This document shows, piece by piece, positions 24,821 through 37,339 of a stretch of DNA of 64,000 bases. Origin of the DNA: Malacoraja senta (taxonomy: Eukaryota); NCBI GenBank assembly GCA_038087875.1, contig CM075987.1, positions 17,424,001 through 17,488,000 on the forward strand, given 5' to 3'. How positions within the stretch are numbered: the stretch's first letter is position 1; each line of letters starts with the position of its first letter. Both the position numbers and the translations under genes were made by a program. The notes beneath the pieces were generated by a model. It did not search any database. It was not told the DNA's origin and was given only the letters and a program-made list of their open reading frames with translations.

Positions 24821-27800
24821 TGTAAAGAATCTATAACGAGGCATCGTTACTTTACTATCTTTATTCATACTGGAGCATTACACATTGCACTAGCTGTACG
24901 TGGTCTGTCACAGGAACTAGAGAGCGATCTGTGGGTGGGGAGGTTGTAGATATACTTGTGATATGGGGAGTGGTTAGTAGGTATGAGGTCACTATGTTAA
25001 AGGCACATGCATATCTCATCTACATCTTTCCTCTTCGAAACGACAGGCAAATACAATGGTGACATGGCGACCACGGCTCATGCGCTAGGATAGTTAAACA
25101 AAATCGCCATAGCGGTCAGGCGGTTTGACAAGACGTCCCGCCCGGGTTCGCGTCTCGCCATCCACCCTTCCTGCAGGAGGAAGAGGCACCGGCGGGGACA
25201 GACGAACCTGAAAGGGGGAAACGGGAGGAGACGGAGGAGACCGCGGCACCGAACCCGGAGGTGATGCGAGATCAGGACCGGGAAGAGCGCGGGCAGGCGA
25301 GCGAGGACTAGTCGGAGCGGGGTGGAACGGAAGGGGCTGAGGAGGAGCAGAACGTTGCATGTCAGGAAGGACGGGCAGAGCAACGCCCTGACGCGAAACA
25401 GGCAGTGGGGGAGCAAAGGGATCCGCGGCAGGAGGACGCGGCTCGTTGACGAGCCGAAGGTGCTGGCGGGACCGTCGGTAAATGGCTCCAGCGTGGTCGA
25501 CGAGATAGGACCTGGGCGACCCCGCAGAGCCGACGACGGTAGCGAGCTTGGAGTGACCGGGAGCGGTCTGCATACGGACAACTTGACCGGGGAAGAGGCG
25601 CGGCAGCGGGTGGCAGGACCTGTCATGGGAACGCTTTTGGACGTCGTGCCTGAAGGCAATGCGTTTCTGAACCGCCGCAGGTGGGAGGATGGAGGGTATG
25701 AGGGAGCGCTGGGCCACAGGGAGCGGGAGTCTGGTAGCGCGAGACATGAGCCGCTGAGCAGGTGAACCCATGGCAGAGTCGCGGGAAATGTTCCGAAGGT
25801 TGAGGAGGGCCAGATGGAAGTCGGAGTTAATGCCACCACACTGTTCCAACAGGTCCTTCGCGCTGCGGACAGCGCGCTCGGCCAAACCGTTGCTTTGCGG
25901 GTACTCCGGGCTGCTGGTGAAATGGCGGAAGTTCCATCTGGAAGCGAACGCTTTAAACTCGGAGCTCGTGAACTGGCTGCCATTGTCCGATTGTAGGCTT
26001 GCCGGGGGGCCAAAAGTGCCAAAGTGAGGGTACAACCTATCGATGACGGCCGAAGAGGTTATGGAATGCAGCCGGTCGACCACAAACCAGCTGGAGTAGG
26101 AGTCAACGAGAACCAGGAAGTGTTTGCCCCGCCACTCGAAAATGTCGGCGGCAAGCGCCATCCAGGGCAGTTCGGGCGCGGGCTGCTGCAGAAGCGGCTG
26201 ACGCTGCTGGTGGGGGGCGAGGCTGTTGCAGGTGGAACACGAGGAGACCCTCTCCCGGATGTATTTGGCCATATCCGGCCAATAGAACTGGCTCCTGGCG
26301 AGAGACACGGTGGCTTCGGCCCCAGGATGACCGCGGTGAGCGACTTGAAAATAGTGGTCGTGCAGCGCCGCGGGCACGACCACCTTGTGACCCTTCACCA
26401 CCACGCCGTCGTGCAGTACGAGCTCGTCACGGACCAGGAAGTAGGGCACGGCACCAGCCGGCAGTGCCGAACGACGGTCAGGCCAGCCCTGCCGGATGTT
26501 GCAGGGTAGGGTCATTGGTAGTGTGTTCAACCAGGGACTTCATCTGCTGTGAGGGGACGATGTTCAATTGTAGCACCAATAGCTCAGACATTTCATATTG
26601 GTGGCGAGCGGTGGACGTCAGCGGGGCGCGAGACAACGTGTCGGCCACGAACATGTCCTTGCCCTTACGATAAACTACCGTGAACGTGAAGCGCTGGAGC
26701 TGCAGCATCATGCGCTGCAGGCGTGATGAGGCCACATGGATCGACTTGTTGAGGATGGTGACAAGTGGCTGATGGTCAGTTTCAACGGTGAAAGTGTTGC
26801 CCACGATGTAGTCCCGGAATTTGGAGCAGGCAAACACCACGGCCAGTAGCTCCTTATCGATCTGCGCGTAGTGCTGTTCGGTGGCGGTCATGGTGCGGGA
26901 CGCGAAGGAGACAGGCAGCTGCAGGCCGTCATGGACCTGGAGACAGGCGGCACCGAGTCCGAACTGAGAGGCGTCGCAGGTGAGGACAATGGGACGCTGC
27001 AGGTCAAAGAACTTGAGCGTGGGGGTGCTGATCAGCTTAGACTTAAGAATGTCGAATGCCTTCTGATGGTTGGGTAACCAAAGCCAGGACGTGTCCTTTT
27101 TTATCAGATCCCTCAGGGGAGCGCTGAGCTCGCTGAGGTCGGGGATGAACTTCCCCAGGTAGTTTACCAAGCCTAGGAAGCGTTGCAGGCCTGCCACATT
27201 GGTAGGAGGGGGCATCCCTGAAATGGCAGCCGTTTTCTGCGGGTCTGGCTTTAACCCCTCAGCGGTGAATACATGTCCAACATAGGTGACCTCCGGGACG
27301 CGGAATCGGCACTTCTTGGGGTTCAGTTTCAAGTTGATTTGCCGGGCCCGGTCCAGGACCTGGCGGAGGTTGACATCGTGTTCGGCAACGTCCTTACCGT
27401 AAACGAGGATGTCGTCAACAATTATGGCGCATGGTAGACCTAAAAACAACTGCTCCATTGTCCGCTGAAATACCTCGCTGGCAGAGTTGATTCCGAATGG
27501 CATTCGGAGGAACCGAAACCTTCCGTAGGGGTTGGCGAAAGTTGTCAAAATGGACGACCGCTCGTCCAGTGGTATCTGCCAGAAGGAGCTTTTGGCATCG
27601 AGGACAGAAAAAACCGTTGCTGGACCAACCTGTGCAGCGACTTCTTCCACCGTTCTCATAGGGTAGTGAGGGCGTCTAATGGCCAGGTTGAGGTCTTTGG
27701 GGTTGATGCAGATGCGTATCTCGCTCATGTCCTTTTTAGCAGCAACAACCATGGAAGAGACCCAGCTGGTGGGCTCGACAACCGCCTTTAGGATGCCCAT

Positions 27801-29552
27801 TTGTACCATACTGTGTAGTGTCGCCTCCACTCTGTCCCTCATGGCGAAGGAGACACGGTGAGGAGCATGGACCACAGGAACGATCTTACGGTCCACTACA
27901 ATCTTGTAGCTGCAGGGTAGTTTGCCTAGCTTATCATCAAAGCGGTCGGGATAATCGGCCAGCGGGTCCATAAGAGTCTGCACCTGGTGGATGTCACGGT
28001 GGAAGTACACCAGTCCCATTTCCTGGCATGCCCGGATCCCCAGCAGGGGAATGCATTTTTGATCGAGGAGATAGAAGGTGAGGGGCCGAGAGGTCTCTAG
28101 TATCTTACAGCGTAGCGTGGCCTTGCCCACAGGAGTAAGAATCTCCCCACCGTAGGCATGCAAGGTTGAGCTCTGGGAAAATATCTGCTCATTAGTTCTT
28201 ATCTGGTTGAAAAGAGATGTTGACATTACGTTGGCCACAGCCCCCGTGTCAATCTTAGCAGTGAAGGTCGAGTTGTTCACAGTGACTAGCACAGAAGGGT
28301 CCGTTATCATAGCAGGTGCGTCCAACACGGTAAACAAGTTGGTCTCCCCCTGAGAGGAGTCAGATGCAGAAACAGACTGTTCATCGAAATAACACTGGGA
28401 GCTGAGCGCACTGTCAGCTTGTAGAAGGTTGTTTAAATTTCCCCTTCGAGCAGCGACAGGCTTCCCACGGGAACGACAAGCCGCAGCAAAATGGTTCAAT
28501 TTTTTGCAGACATTACACGTTTTACCCAAGGCAGGGCACACATTGTATTGATGAGTCGTGAAGTTGCAATTAGGGCACCTTTGCCGGGTACCTCCCCCTG
28601 TAGCAGCACCGAACCCCGGGGCGCGTCCCCCTCGAGCAGCGAGCGACCCCGGGGGTCGCGACTGGGGTGTGTTTATGAGATGACTGGGAGTGCTGGCAAA
28701 GTTGATCGCCTGTTCAGCCGGCGACGCCGCCGAGGAAACAGCTTCAGCTAAGCGAGTAGCGTGCATAGCATCGGTTAAAGTCAGATCCGGCTTGCGCAGA
28801 AGTTCGGCCCTGAGCTTCTCATCACGGAGACCGTAAACCAGAAGGTCCCTGAGAATCCCATCGGGGTTCCACGCGTGGAGGCGGCAGCGCCTGCCGAGGT
28901 GCCGCAGCGCAATGACATAGTTCTCAGCAGATTCCCCAGGGAGCTGACGCCGCGCGAACAGTTTAAAACGTTCTAAGATGCAATTTGTCGGAATATCACA
29001 AATAGCATCAAACTTAGCCACCAGACATACCGGGTCCCGAGCTGATTCGCCATCAGCGTAGACGAAGAAGTCAGAGCAAGTCAGGGCCTCGGGACCAGCC
29101 AAGTTGAGAAGCAGAGAGGCTTTGAGATCGGCGGTGGCGGCAGGATGAGCGATCGTGAAATAGTGTTCAAAGTCACGTTTGAATACGTCCCATCGAAGGG
29201 CGATGTCTAAATCGAAAACGAGCACATCGGGCTTACGGGCAGAAGAGGCCATGACAAAGAAATAGGAGGGCGGGGGAAACAAAATACTGGGACAAAATTA
29301 AATGATAAACCGATAAACAGGAGGCGCAAGGTAAGTTATTCGACACCATGTAAAGAATCTATAACGAGGCATCGTTACTTTACTATCTTTATTCATACTG
29401 GAGCATTACACATTGCACTAGCTGTACGTGGTCTGTCACAGGAACTAGAGAGCGATCTGTGGGTGGGGAGGTTGTAGATATACTTGTGATATGGGGAGTG
29501 GTTAGTAGGTATGAGGTCACTATGTTAAAGGCACATGCATATCTCATCTACA
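24821..29552 (-). mobile_element. Full-length Ty3/Gypsy LTR retrotransposon (Mag/K02A2.6-like)
   Basis: 204-bp TG...CA LTRs at 24821-25024 and 29349-29552, apparently identical; CCTGC 5-bp TSD; PBS-like TGGTGTC next to the 5' LTR; polypurine tract GAAGAGGAAAGA next to the 3' LTR. Confidence 0.97.
25094..29252 (-). CDS. Gypsy Gag-Pol (Gag CCHC, protease, RT, RNase H, integrase) with one frameshift near 26490
   Basis: CNVCKKLNHFAAAC, IDTGA, IVDD, DASQFGLGA, HRGH..CSTC and D..SDNG..AER motifs; ORFs 26478-29282 and 25094-26530 overlap in different frames. Confidence 0.93.
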
Positions 29553-29699
29553 CCTGCCTCCACCACCACCCCTGGCAATGAGTTCCACACCCCCACCACT
29601 CTGTCCTGCACATCTCGGTATAGTTATCCCCTCTAGTGTTGGACACTTCCACCATGGGGAAATGGTTCTGACTGCCTAGCCTGTCTGTGCCTCATAATT

Positions 29700-30736
29700 C
29701 CCCGGAGAGGAAAAGACTACAAAGAGTAGTAAACACTGCCCAGTCCATCATCGGCTCTGACCTCCCTTTCATCAAGGGGATCTATCGCAGTCGCTGCCTC
29801 AAAAAGGCTGGCAGTATCATCAAGAACCCACACCATCCTGGCCACACACTCATCTCCCTGTTACCTTCAGGTAGAAGGTACAGGAGACTGAAGACTGCAA
29901 CGACCAGGTTCAGGAATAGCTACTTCCCCACAGCCATCAGGCTATTAAACCTGGCTCGGACAAAACTCTAACATTAATAGCCCATTATCTGTTATTTGCA
30001 CTTTATCAGTTTATTTGTTCATGTTATTCATATATTTATATAATGGTATATGGACACACTGATCTGTTTTGTAGTCAATGCCTTCTATGTTCTGTTGTGC
30101 TGAAGCAAAGCACGAATTTCCTTGTCCTATCAGGGACACATGACAACAAACGCACTTGAACTTGAACTTGAACTATCCAGTTCTGTGGAGCTGATTGCCT
30201 GAGAATTTTGGCAACTCCCCGAGAATGTTGTATGGAACATAGAACATAGCACAGGCACGAGCCCATCAGTCCACAATGTTTACCAATTTAAACTGATCTC
30301 ATCTGCCTGTACATGATCCACACCCTCTATTCCCTATACTTACATCTGCTTATCTAAAGCCTCTTAAACGGCACGATGTACCTGCTGTAAAGAATCTATA
30401 ACGAGGCATCGTTACTTTACTATCTTTATTCATACTGGAGCATTACACATTGCACTAGCTGTACGTGGTCTGTCACAGGAACTAGAGAGCGATCTGTGGG
30501 TGGGGAGGTTGTAGATATACTTGTGATATGGGGAGTGGTTAGTAGGTATGAGGTCACTATGTTAAAGGCACATGCATATCTCATCTACACCTGCCTCCAC
30601 CACCACCCCTGGCAATGAGTTCCACACCCCCACCACTCTGTCCTGCACATCTCGGTATAGTTATCCCCTCTAGTGTTGGACACTTCCACCATGGGGAAAT
30701 GGTTCTGACTGCCTAGCCTGTCTGTGCCTCATAATT
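29700..30736. repeat. Tandem duplicate of 24135-29699 carrying only a solo LTR
   Basis: Near-identical copy of the Rex1 3' end and both proviral flanks. Its length (1037) equals 5565 minus 4528. Confidence 0.95.
30386..30589 (-). mobile_element. Solo LTR of the Gypsy element
   Basis: Same 204-bp sequence flanked by the same CCTGC TSD. Confidence 0.97.
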
Positions 30737-31207
30737 TTATATACTTTTTTTTATCAAATCTCCCCTCAATCTCTGACGTTCCAGAGAAAATATTCCAAGT
30801 TGATTCAATCTCTCCATAGTATCATTTCCACCTCAAACATAGACCAATACAGCACAGGCCCTTTGGCCCACCATGTCAGTGTCGACCAGGATGCCAATTT
30901 AAATAAATCCCACCTGCCTGTATGTAGTCTTTATCCCTCCACCCTCTGTGCATTCATGTGCCTGACTGAAACCTTGTTATGTTATTGTTATAGCTGCTTC
31001 ACCACCTCCCTGCCATTCACTACTCTGTAAAATTAAATCTTGCCCCACACATCTCCTTTAAACTCTCCCACTCTTCCACTTGACATTTCCATCCTGGAAC
31101 AAAGACTATTGACGATCCTACCCCATCTATGTCCTCTAGATTTTTAACAAAAACTGGTTCTTCCCAGCTGTTATTAGGCAACTGGATGGTCGTCTCATCA
31201 ACTAGAG

Positions 31208-31394
31208 CAGGGGTTGCCAACCTTGTTCGTCCCGTTTTACCCCTGGCAACTTCAATAGCACATAACAATGTTATTTCACTTATTTATGAACAACTAATGA
31301 TGAGCAGATATACCAGAATCAAACACAGTCAGTCAATGAGGCTAAATATGTACAAATCCAGAATCAACAAATGTACCCAGGTTGTGAACCCTTG
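31208..31394. mobile_element. hAT (Charlie-like) MITE
   Basis: CAGGGGTTGCCAAC / GTTGTGAACCCTTG termini; 8-bp TSD AACTAGAG / AATTAGAG. Confidence 0.65.
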
Positions 31395-31431
31395 AATTAG
31401 AGTGTAGCCCTGACCTCGCACCTATCTCATT

Positions 31432-33135
31432 GTAGCAATGTTACAAAATTTTGAGATTTTAAAAATAAAGTCTGCAATTTATCCCATCAGATAAAGCATA
31501 AAAAGAAGTTTAATTTGACACCTAATTCACTTTCATATCTTCAGTATTAAAGAAGTTATGGCCATTTTCATACTCGGAAATTAGCATCTTGTTCCCTATT
31601 GCTTTTCCATTGACTTAACACAAAAGCTGTGATCGAGGACAGTTAAAAGCCCATAACTTTCTTAAAAATTAAGATAACTGAAAGAAATGTTCAGTTATTA
31701 TAGATTGAAGCATTCTGAAACAAATATGAAACAATCTTACTTAGAAGACATGAAAGTAAAGCATATAATTAGTTAGTTACCTAATTGTAGCTAATTACAA
31801 AATTCAATTACTAGATCTAAACATCTATCAATTTCTTAAGAATAGATTAATATTTTTAAATAGCCTAAGTGTGAATGGTATGTTGGCCTTCATAGCAAGA
31901 GGATTTGAGTATAGGAGCAGGGAGGTTCTACTGCAGTTGTACAGGGTCTTGGTGAGACCACACCTGGAGTATTGCGTACAGTTTTGGTCTCCAAATCTGA
32001 GGAAGGACATTATAGCCATAGAGGGAGTGCAGAGAAGGTTCACCAGACTGATTCCTGGGATGTCAGGACTTTCATATGAAGAAAGACTGGATAGACTTGG
32101 CTTATACTCGCTAGAATTTAGGAGATTGAGAGGGGATCTTATAGAAACGTACAAGATTCTTATGGGGATGGACAGGCTAGATGAAGGAAGATTGTTCCCG
32201 ATGTTGGGGAAGTCCAGGACAAGGGGTCACAGCTTAAGGATAAGGGGGAAATCCTTTAAGACCGAGATGAGGAAAAACTTTTTCACACAGAGAGTGGTGA
32301 ATCTCTGGAACTCTCTGCCACAGAGGGTAGTTGAGGCCAGTTCATTGGCTATATTTAAGAGGGAATTAGATGTGGCCCTTGTGGCTAAAGGGATCAGGGG
32401 GTATGGAGAGAAGGCAGGTACGGGATACTGAGTTGGATGATCAGCCATGATCGTATTGAATGGCGGTGCAGGCTCGAAGGGCCGAATGGCCTACTCCTGC
32501 ACCTAATTTCTATGTATCTATGTATCTATGTGTCCAAATAACATTCACACAATAATTCACAATATAACATAATTTTTAAATCTCATTTTCATGAATTTAC
32601 AGGCCAAATGGAAGGAATTGAATGTTTAATACCTGTAAATTAATGGGCATTTAAATCATCTTGTGAGTGAGGATTTCTGGAACGCGATCTTTTGGAACGT
32701 TCATTTGCGGTGAATTTAACCCCGTATTGGCATGAAAAATACTGCCGTTAATTCGGGGAATAAAATCACCGTGTCGCATGAAAAAACGTGAATTAAAGGC
32801 TTCTTAAGAAGCACTTTTATACATTTAAAGAAACCACTTTCGTTTACCTGTCCCGTGTGTGAAATCCGTCCCCGTTATCGGCTTTGACGCTTCAGGAGCT
32901 GCTTTTAAAATTACTCTTGCGCTGACATTGACGATTTAATAAAAATAAAAAATACACAAAACGGCACTAGGAACGATTCTTCAGGCAACGCGTGTACTCC
33001 AACTTAATATTAACCAGGACAAGGGAGGAGAAACCCATGTTTTAACCCCGCCCCCCCTTAAAGGCGCCAAAATCGCGCACACGGCCAGTGGCAGAATTAC
33101 AGCGCGACTGAAGGTAAGTTTTGTAACATACCTAC
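31432..33135. mobile_element. Unclassified non-autonomous TIR transposon with 5-bp TSD, hosting a CR1 fragment
   Basis: TIRs GTAGCAATGTTACAAAA / TTTTGTAACATACCTAC; TCATT duplicated on both sides; the flanks rejoin as one Rex1-like 3' UTR. Confidence 0.7.
31871..32530 (+). mobile_element. CR1 LINE 3' fragment
   Basis: 186-aa ORF2 C-terminus nearly identical to 17589-18222; (TCTATGTA)n tail. Confidence 0.93.
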
Positions 33136-33406
33136 TCATTGGACACCTTTACTCAGATTTATGAGACTTCAATGTTATATCTTGCACTAAATGTTGCACC
33201 TTTACCATGCACTGTGGACGGCTTGATTGTATTAATATATAGTATTTTTGACTGGATAGCATACAAACAAAAGCTTTTCACTGTACTTTGGTACAGGTGA
33301 CAATAATAAATTAAACTAAAATAATCTTACATCATATATTTCCAATATATATTTCCAATCTGATTAATTCAATCTATTTGAAGATGATAATCAGCCATGA
33401 TTTTAC

Positions 33407-33528
33407 CCATCCTCGTTAGTTCTCGAGTCGTGAAGATTGCAGTGTGACTTGCTACTCATTGAGCTTGTGTTTGTCCTCATTGTAAAGGTTCAGGAGGCCA
33501 CAGATCTGTATAACTTGTAGACTCCACA
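33407..33528 (-). other. Candidate ADAM cytoplasmic/3' exon (SVESTSYTDLWPPEPLQ* if joined to the TM exon)
   Basis: Acceptor TCTTTCTATACTCAG, weak donor GG|GTAAAA, unique sequence; no homology support. Confidence 0.3.
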
Positions 33529-34059
33529 CTGAGTATAGAAAGACAGACAATTCTGCAACTCAGATAACCCAATTTCTCTTTGACATTGGCTCAGCTTGTT
33601 TTTTTTTGTTTGATTTTCCCTTTTCTTCCCTCGTGTTTCTATCCTGAAGAGGATGAAGTGCACAACCTGAGCAGCTGGGCAGGTCTATCTAATCTACATC
33701 TCACAACTCCTGGAGTCTTTGGAGAACTTTCTCACTCTAATAACTGCTTCCATTCACTCATTGACCACATAAACTGGTGTACAGCTTATCCCTGTCCTCA
33801 CAACCTCTCCTCCCTGCCCACTAGAAAGCTTCACACCCTTCTTTTATATCCATTCCAATTCTGACAAAGTCTTCAAACTAAATGCTCACATTGTTTCTAT
33901 TCCCACATATATGGCCTGACCTGCTGAGTATTTCCAGCATTTTCTCTTTGTATTTTTGGTGTTGCGATTGACCAGGCTGGTGAAAGTGTTTAAAAACAAG
34001 AGGCAAAAAGCTCCCAGGGGAAGCCATAGAAGCAGATACATTGCAACCTTTAAAAGGCA

Positions 34060-34734
34060 CTAGACTAAGTGGGACCCGTTGGACCCCATACCCCAATGCA
34101 ATATTCCATCACTCACCCATAGCACACAACTGCGCAGGTGCGGCTCATTTCCCCTCATCCCCCAGCACTCCCTCCCCCACCTCTTCACCCTCCCTCTTCT
34201 TTCCCTATTGCTCCTCCCCTCCCCCACTCCCTCCCTCACCTCTCGCTCCCTCCCTCCCTACCCCCTCCTCTCCCTCTATCTCCACGCTCCCCCACTCCTC
34301 ACCTCCCCCGTCCCACCCCCACTGAACACAATGTTTAAATAACGTTAAACACCAAATCCTCACCCTCTCCTTCTCCCCTCCCCCACTCGCTCCCTCTCCT
34401 TACAACAATGTAACAAATCTCTCATTGCATTGGGAGTCCTGTCATTTGTTAACATTGAAAAGGGCAGGGCACGTTTTAAAGTGAATAGTTTGATTTTTTA
34501 AAGTGAAAAGTGATTTTTTAAAAGTTTAACATGTGAATAACTTGTAAAATATAACATCAATCTGAATGAAACTTGATACAACACACCACATGACAATGGT
34601 GAGTAAGGTGGGCCAGAAATTGTAGTGCTATCGTGAACTGTTTTGGTGTAATTTCAGGATCACACTCATCACAGACACGCACACAGACAGACAAACAAGA
34701 TGAGAATTTTAGTAATATAATATAGATAAATAGA
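34060..34734 (-). mobile_element. Complete short non-autonomous Helitron
   Basis: Minus strand begins TCTATTTATCTATATTATATTACTAAAA and ends GGGGTCCAACGGGTCCCACTTAGTCTAG. Removing it restores a CR1-like AAAAGGCA|TTTTGACAG (A|T target, no TSD). Confidence 0.85.
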
Positions 34735-34932
34735 TTTTGACAGCTGTATCGATGGGAAGGATTTAGACTATAGGCCAAATGGGAATAGCTCACAATGCCA
34801 ACTCAAGGGCCTGTTTCTGTGCTGCACAGCTCTATGGCTTGTATGTTTCATGTTCTTCACGGTTGTCATTAGAGTAGATAGAACCACTTGGTTGCACAAG
34901 ACAATAACATGACCTATATTGCATTCACTTAC

Positions 34933-34985
34933 CAGCTCAGAGTGTGATGTGGGAGTGGACCTCAGCAGAGACAACCAATGGAGCA
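34933..34985 (-). CDS. Candidate ADAM cytoplasmic exon with stop (SAPLVVSAEVHSHITL*)
   Basis: Strong acceptor TTCCTCTCTATTTAG and donor CTG|GTAAGT. Read in phase 2 from the TM exon it ends in TGA 4 nt before the donor. Confidence 0.4.
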
Positions 34986-35289
34986 CTAAATAGAGAGGAA
35001 ATGTCAATGAATGTGTTACCGACTGCACGGGTTAATGCCCTAAAATGACAATGCTGGGGAGTTGCTGCACCTGGCCCACCTCTGGACGTCACCTGGTCAG
35101 ACAATTCCTGGTCTAGCTGACCCTCCACCAGCAAGAGACAGGCTGTGTAACAGAGTGTGGTCATAATGTGGAGTAGTATCAAAATGTTTGTCCACTGCCA
35201 AAGGCTATTAAAGGATTTAACATTCAACTACCCAACAGTATGAACACCGAATTCTCCAATTTTAGGTAACCTCTAAACCTCTAAACTAC

Positions 35290-35710
35290 CCCCCGCCACG
35301 CCACTCTCCCATCTCTCGCACCACCTTTCTCACCCCCACCCCCTCCCCCCTCCGCCCCCGCCCCCTGCCCCACCTGGACACACCTATTTCTCCTCTTCCC
35401 CTCTCCCTCCTCCTGCATTCCCTCCTCTGGCTTCACAATTTGCTACTCTTCAATGTGTCTATCTTACACCTGTTTTAATTGCTGGCCTTTGTTCCAACCA
35501 TTTGGTATCAAACAACCTCCTTGCCTGTGTTGACAGGACCTTCCACGCTTTGTCCTGCCTCTCTCTCCCCAGTTTCCCCCCCCCCCCCCAGTCAGTACGA
35601 AGAAGGGCCCCAACCTGAAATATATCTATCCATGTTCCCCAGAGATGCCGCCTGACCTGTTGTGTTACTCCAGCACTTTCTGTCTTGTTCTGTCGACCAA
35701 CATCTGCAAT
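35290..35710 (+). mobile_element. Degenerate Penelope-like 3' region / terminal repeat
   Basis: Pyrimidine-rich stretch ending in GAAGAAGGGCCCCAACCTGAAA...GTTACTCCAGCAC. Confidence 0.5.
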
Positions 35711-35759
35711 GTTTCTATACTGAGAGTAGTTTAAATCAGCACAGATATTGAAATTAGCA

Positions 35760-36730
35760 TCATGTTTAGCACCAGAACCAGGGGCCACAGTTTAAGAATA
35801 AAGGATAGGCCATTTAGGACGGAGATGAGGAAAAACGTTTTCACACAGAGAGTTGTGAGTCTGTGGAATTCTCTGCCTGGCGGTGGAGGCCGGTTCTCTG
35901 GATGCTTTCAAGAGAGAGTTAGATAGAGCTGTTAAGGATAGCGGAGTTAAGGGATATGGAGAGAAGGCTGGAACGGGGTACTGATTGTGGATGATCGGCC
36001 ATGATCACATTGAATGGCGGTGCTGGCTCGAAGGGCCGAATGGCCTACTCCTGCACCTATTGTCTATTATGGGCTGAGGACACTATTCCTTTGCTGTGCT
36101 GCTTTAAGTTCCACGTGCTAGTGATAAAGGCTTAGCATTACCATGAGGACTGGAAGAGTTTGATTGAACGACACCAATTCACGTGCGATACAACAGCAAC
36201 AAGACAACAGGAATAGGTTTGTCCCTTTAACAGCTGGCGAGAATGTTCAGGTGAGAGGGGAAAGATTGAACAGGATGCTGAGCGGCAACTATTTTTACAC
36301 AGAAGGTGGTGAGTATACGGAACAAACTGAAACGAGCTGCCAGAGGAGGTCGTTGATGCATTTGGACAGATGTACACATGGATAGGAAAGTTTTAGAGGG
36401 ATATGAGCCAAACATGGGGAGGTGGGACTAGCGTAGATGGGGCATCCTAGTCGGAAAGACAAGTTGGACCAAAGGTCCTTTTCCCGTGCTGTTTAATTCT
36501 GTGACAATAGACGATAGGTGCAGGAGTAGGCCATTTGGCCCTTCGAGCCAGCACCGCCATTCAATGTGATCATGGCTGATCATCCCCAATCAGTACCCCG
36601 TTCCTGCCTTCTCCCCATATCCCGACTCCGCTATTTTTAAGAGCCCTATCTAGCTCTGTCTTGAAAGTATCCAGAGAACCTGCCTCCCCCGCCCTCCGAG
36701 GCAGAGAATTCCACAGACTCACAACTCCCT
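35760..36730. mobile_element. Cluster of CR1 3' fragments in both orientations
   Basis: 35760-36070 (+), 36240-36500 (+) and 36505-36730 (-) match the CR1 3' ends seen elsewhere in the window. Confidence 0.85.
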
Positions 36731-36818
36731 TAATCCTCTGTCGCTCACACTCTTCATCCTTTACCCTTATATTCCTCCACATTTGTAGCCATTTCCAGTC
36801 AGCATGTTTTAACCTTAC

Positions 36819-36972
36819 CTGGAACTAGCACCTTGAACAGTTTTCACTGCAGCTCTTCCACTTGGTTTAGTCTTCTTTTTAACTCTGCAGTTCCGGAGGG
36901 TGTATCCTAAAAGTGGCACTCCCAATGCTGGTGCAATGATTATAATGGTCAGGGGAATCAGATTAAAGTGTT
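36819..36972 (-). CDS. ADAM exon: transmembrane helix and basic juxtamembrane segment
   Basis: Acceptor TTCTGTTTCATTAG, donor CAG|GTAAGG, phase 1 to 2; KHFNLIPLTIIIIAPALGVPLLGYTLRNCRVKKKTKPSGRAAVKTVQGASS, in frame with the previous exon. Confidence 0.8.
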
Positions 36973-37339
36973 CTAATGAAACAGAAGAGAGATGATTTAG
37001 TTAGCAGCCTACACGTGCATTCCAATGAGTTGCTTAACATTTGGAACAATTGACCTGAAAGACGGATGGATCACAATAAATTTTGCCAGTGGATCACAAC
37101 GGCCAATGCTCAATTATTTAAGTCTGGACATCATGCTGGGAAGTCATGGGTTGGCTGAATACTGGACAGCACTAGATCCAGCACTACTCCTTGTCCACAG
37201 GTAAGAGTACATGGAGCTATACAATCAAGCCCTTTGGCCAACTCATCTGTGCCAACCAAGATGCTAATCTCTATGCTAATCCCACTTGTCTGCAGTTGAC
37301 CTATTTCCCTCGAATCCTTTCCTACCCATGTACCTGTTG

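Noticed and set aside
25078..26509. Overlapping and antisense ORFs in the integrase region
   Set aside because: Expected in GC-rich coding sequence; no recognisable motifs.
26478..29282. Domesticated gag gene or endogenous retrovirus
   Set aside because: It is flanked by LTRs and a TSD, has Gypsy domain order and no env; an ordinary retrotransposon.
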